From contig CAWDRG010000010.1 in assembly GCA_963804645.1 (NCBI GenBank), positions 142,815 to 206,814 of the forward strand: 64,000 bases of DNA, given 5' to 3'. This DNA comes from an uncultured Bacillota bacterium (GTDB lineage: Bacteria; Sysuimicrobiota; Sysuimicrobiia; Sysuimicrobiales; Segetimicrobiaceae). Shown piece after piece: positions 60,684-64,000 of this stretch. Position numbers and translations under genes: made by a program. The notes under the pieces are model-generated. The model saw nothing but the letters and a program-made list of their open reading frames with translations, had not been told where the DNA came from and did no database searches. Position 1 is the stretch's first letter. Every line of letters begins with the position of its first letter.

Positions 60684-62504
60684 ATGGCAACGATAGAAGG
60701 CTACGCGTCCGCAGTATCGGCGGCGCCTGGAGACAACGTGAACTTTTGTGTCCGGTCCGACGCGGCCCACAGCGCCTTTACGTTGGAGATCTACCGTCGG
60801 GGAGCCTCCGATCAACTTGTCCAAACCTGCAGCGGGACCGCGTTTACGCCCGGCACCCAAGACGATGCGAGCCTTGCGCTCGCCGGCTGCCAGTGGCCGG
60901 CGGCGGCCGGGTGCCAGATCACCGTCCCTGCGAGTTGGGCGAGCGGATACTACGTCGGGAAGATCACGTCTGTCGACCAGATCGCGTGGGCCCCGTTCGT
61001 CGTGCGCGCGGCCGCGCCGGGCGTGAGATCCAAGATTCTGGTCAAGATGAACGATACCACCGCGCAAGCATACAATGCGTGGGGCGGGCGCAGTCTGTAC
61101 ACGACTGGTCCCTTCACTGGTCGGGTCTCGTTCGATCGGCCGTATGCGTCCCCAGACCCGGCCACGCTGAATAATCTGAACCTCTACGAACAGTACCAGC
61201 TCCCGTTTGCCCAGTGGGCGGACGCGCACGGGGTGGACGTCGAGTACTGCTCCGCGGTGGATCTGCATACGAACCCGGGGCTGCTCGAGAACTACCGGCT
61301 GCTGCTCAGCTTCGGGCACGATGAATACTGGTCGTGGGAGATGCGCGACCAGGTGGAAACATTCATCGCGAATGGTGGCAACGTGTGTTTCTTCTGTGGC
61401 AATACATGCTACTGGCAGGTCCGGTTTGACTTCAGCAGCGGCGGGCGCATCATGATGTGCTACAAGGAAACCGACATCGGCTTCCCGGATCCCGATCGAC
61501 AAGACCCGCAGCGGATCACCGTCCGCTGGGCGGAGGCGCCGCTCCTCCGGCCTGAGAACTCGATGACGGGCGTGGCCTACCGGAACGGTGCTGGCTGGTG
61601 GAACGATCCCATCGACCTCGCGAAGCGCGACCGGGGCTACACGGTGGCCAACTCGGCGCACTGGGTCTTCCAGGGTACCGGGCTGTCCGACGGAGATGAG
61701 TTTGGCAAAGGCACGAGCGTCGACACCACCATCCTCGGCTATGAAACCGATGCCGCGCTAATCACGCCGGGCAGCACGTCTCCCATGGTGCTCGGCACCG
61801 ACGGCACCCCGAAGAACTTCGTCGTCTTGGCGACGGCGGACCTCACCGACTGGGGTCCCGGCGGACAGGCGGGGCACGCGACGATGGGATTGTATCAGCG
61901 CAACGGGACCGCGTTCACCGGCGGGACGGTGAACTGGGCGGGCGGCCTCAGCTTGGACGCATCGTGGACACCTGTCGATCAAATCACCAGCAATCTCCTG
62001 CGCGGGCTCGCTGATGCGCGTGTACCGGGTCTTGGGATCGCCAACGCGGGCTTCGAACTGTGGGCGAACGGGCTCCCCGCCGGGTGGACGCTCGAGGGCG
62101 CGGGCAGCGTGTCGCCGGAGGCCGCCGCCCCGGATCCCAACTTCAGCGGCATCCACAATGACGGCGGCGGTCACTTCAGCTTGAAGGTCGACGGGACCGC
62201 AGGAGAAACGTGGATCAGCCAGTCTGGCATCCAGTGCGCGCTCGGGGACACGTACGGCATCGGCTGCTGGGCCAAGGCGTCCAACCCTGGGGCGACTATT
62301 CGACTGCAGACGACCGACACCTGGGTAGATTTTGTCACCGCCGCGCACACGGGGAGCGGAAACTGGGAGTACCTATTCGCGGTGGGCTCGGCGCAAGGAA
62401 CGAAAGGTCTCGTTCCAACCCGTGCGAAGATCCAGGTCGCGGCCGGAGTCCAGGCATGGTTTGACAGCCTCGTCGTAGTTGCGATTCCAGGCCATCCCAA
62501 ATGA
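60684..62504 (+). CDS. N,N-dimethylformamidase beta-subunit-like protein with C-terminal CBM-like domain
   Basis: IEGYAS..S, W.SGYY, T.QAYN.WGG.SLY, VSFDRPY, GHDEYWS, GNTCYWQVR, LGYETD; C-terminal NAGFE.W. Confidence 0.82.
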   Translation: MATIEGYASAVSAAPGDNVNFCVRSDAAHSAFTLEIYRRGASDQLVQTCSGTAFTPGTQDDASLALAGCQWPAAAGCQITVPASWASGYYVGKITSVDQIAWAPFVVRAAAPGVRSKILVKMNDTTAQAYNAWGGRSLYTTGPFTGRVSFDRPYASPDPATLNNLNLYEQYQLPFAQWADAHGVDVEYCSAVDLHTNPGLLENYRLLLSFGHDEYWSWEMRDQVETFIANGGNVCFFCGNTCYWQVRFDFSSGGRIMMCYKETDIGFPDPDRQDPQRITVRWAEAPLLRPENSMTGVAYRNGAGWWNDPIDLAKRDRGYTVANSAHWVFQGTGLSDGDEFGKGTSVDTTILGYETDAALITPGSTSPMVLGTDGTPKNFVVLATADLTDWGPGGQAGHATMGLYQRNGTAFTGGTVNWAGGLSLDASWTPVDQITSNLLRGLADARVPGLGIANAGFELWANGLPAGWTLEGAGSVSPEAAAPDPNFSGIHNDGGGHFSLKVDGTAGETWISQSGIQCALGDTYGIGCWAKASNPGATIRLQTTDTWVDFVTAAHTGSGNWEYLFAVGSAQGTKGLVPTRAKIQVAAGVQAWFDSLVVVAIPGHPK

Positions 62505-62599
62505 GTCGATCGGCGGTGAGCACGCTGCCGGCCGGTCACCATAGAATGGGGCGAGCGGCCACGTCGGCCCTGGTGGAGCGGGTACGTGCCCGCGACTGA

Positions 62600-62795
62600 C
62601 GCTGCATACGATTGCCCCCCGTGTCGATGTACGCGTTTTCGTCGGGCTTCGTGACTCCTTGAGAAGAAAACTGGCCCCCGACCCAGTCCGTCGCCTCGAG
62701 GAGGCACACGCTGGCGCCCATGGCCGCCGCGCGTAGCGCCGAAGAGACCCTACCAAAGACTGGCACCGATCACGATCACATACAGTAGCTCTCGA
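62600..62795 (-). pseudogene. N-terminal remnant of FAD-dependent oxidoreductase
   Basis: Broken VIVIGAS..G|VSSALRAAAMGASVCLLEATDWVGGQFSSQGV..PDE; frameshifted and truncated. Confidence 0.6.
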
Positions 62796-62964
62796 TAACG
62801 TCCGGGGATCGCCGCGTCGTGGCTGGCAAAAAAGCGAGTCCCAATCCAAACAGCTCGGGAATGAATTGACGCACTCGAGACCAGGCCGGCCTCCCAACAA
62901 TCCTCATGGGCGAGCCCGGGGCGACGAACCGCGTGGGACCGGCACCAGTCCAGCCCGCGAGGTC

Positions 62965-63762
62965 CTATCCCAACCATTCCCAGAGTCTCGATGCGAGTTC
63001 TGCGCCCACCCAGCCGAGGCAAAGCCCGCCGACGACTTCAGATGTCCAATGATCACCCAAATAGACCAACGACGCCATCAGAGCGACGATAATGCCGGTT
63101 GCGAGTCCAGGCATCCGCCGAAGAGCCGTCCCCGCGATGAGCCCTACGCGCGCAGCGTGCCCCGACGGAAACCCGAACGGCGCGATGTCCACCCACTCAA
63201 GCATCTGTCCAAACGATGCAGCGTGCAGCAACTCACGGAAGATAAGGGCAAGCACGCCGAAGCCTGCGCCTGCGGCGGCCAGCAGCAGTAGCGCACGATC
63301 TCTGCGTGGCTCCGCGACAAGTAGGAGCAACAGCGCGACGCCCACGAGTCCGATCACGACGATGTGCGTCACGCCGAGCGCGCTGAGCACCGCAAACGGA
63401 GCATCCGGGGCGCGAATGAAATGACGCTTCAGCGAGTCCGGGGGCCCGGGATGAACGATCGCATTCTGGAGCACGACCGTCAGTCCGCTGATAGCCGCGG
63501 CCCCGACGGACAGCCACAGCGCCGCGCGACCGTAGCGCTTGAGTTCGAACAACAGGAGGACCAGGCCGATCGCTCCCAGAGCTGGGATGACCGTTCCCGC
63601 GTTCCCGAGGAAGACGATCATGGCGGTCGGGACGTCTAGCGCCGGCGCGGCCCGCTGTACCCAAAGCGTGATGGCGCGGTCGATGTGTGCCACCGCCGGT
63701 ACATTCCCCGTGACGGTACCCGCGATGAACAGCGCCCCGGCGATCGCGATGCGGACCCACAT
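62965..63762 (-). CDS. PAP2-family membrane phosphatase-like protein
   Basis: GFPSGHA and SLVYLGDHWTSEVVGG motifs; several TM helices. Confidence 0.8.
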   Translation of the reverse strand: MWVRIAIAGALFIAGTVTGNVPAVAHIDRAITLWVQRAAPALDVPTAMIVFLGNAGTVIPALGAIGLVLLLFELKRYGRAALWLSVGAAAISGLTVVLQNAIVHPGPPDSLKRHFIRAPDAPFAVLSALGVTHIVVIGLVGVALLLLLVAEPRRDRALLLLAAAGAGFGVLALIFRELLHAASFGQMLEWVDIAPFGFPSGHAARVGLIAGTALRRMPGLATGIIVALMASLVYLGDHWTSEVVGGLCLGWVGAELASRLWEWLG

Positions 63763-64000
63763 GGTGACAGGCTTCGAGGGATGCCGATCGCTTCCTCGGG
63801 TGAAAGTCAGCCCCGCAGCCTAAGAAACGCTTGATAACCCTGCGTTTCAGACGCCCCGCGAAGGTGATCGTATCGCTGCGGTCATGCAGAGAACCCAAAA
63901 TAATACACCCCCTCCGTCGCGTTCGTGAAGCAGTCCGGACTCGGCCCATCTGCCTCCGGTTCGACCCGACGTGGCAATATGGCGACGACTACCCGGAGAA

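Overview
High-GC bacterial window in two halves. About 1-34 kb is mostly catabolic and transport genes: a DUF1989/SDR/E1alpha-beta/branched-chain ABC/creatininase locus, a DMSO-reductase-family molybdoenzyme, two sugar ABC systems, and a fucose-isomerase-like gene with ribulokinase. It also holds a small regulatory neighbourhood (20.5-25.8 kb) with a Crp/Fnr regulator, two paralogous secreted mini-proteins behind identically built tandem-CRP-box promoters, and GEMM-I cyclic-dinucleotide riboswitches. About 34-64 kb is accessory DNA. It contains an uncharacterised Rep-like/wHTH putative mobile gene, a repeat-rich secreted protein, an IS1380 fragment, ISAzo13 and two nested stacks of mobile elements. 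In the first stack, an IS3-like element carries an IS1111-type IS110 and a group II intron sitting in its terminal repeat. In the second, a TnpB-related gene is split by an IS110 that is itself split by an ISAs1-like element. Two tRNA-Arg(CCT) 3'-fragment att-like repeats bracket an island with a cyanobactin-like PatA-protease/CxxC protein/PatG-DUF/'PGFTAE'-leader peptide cluster. The strongest novelty candidates are (i) three GEMM-I riboswitches, all with A at the ligand-discriminating position 20 (predicted 3',3'-cGAMP responsive), driving secreted proteins with opposite ON/OFF logic, and (ii) the minimal cyanobactin-like RiPP cluster. All calls come from reading the sequence by eye; no database searches were run.
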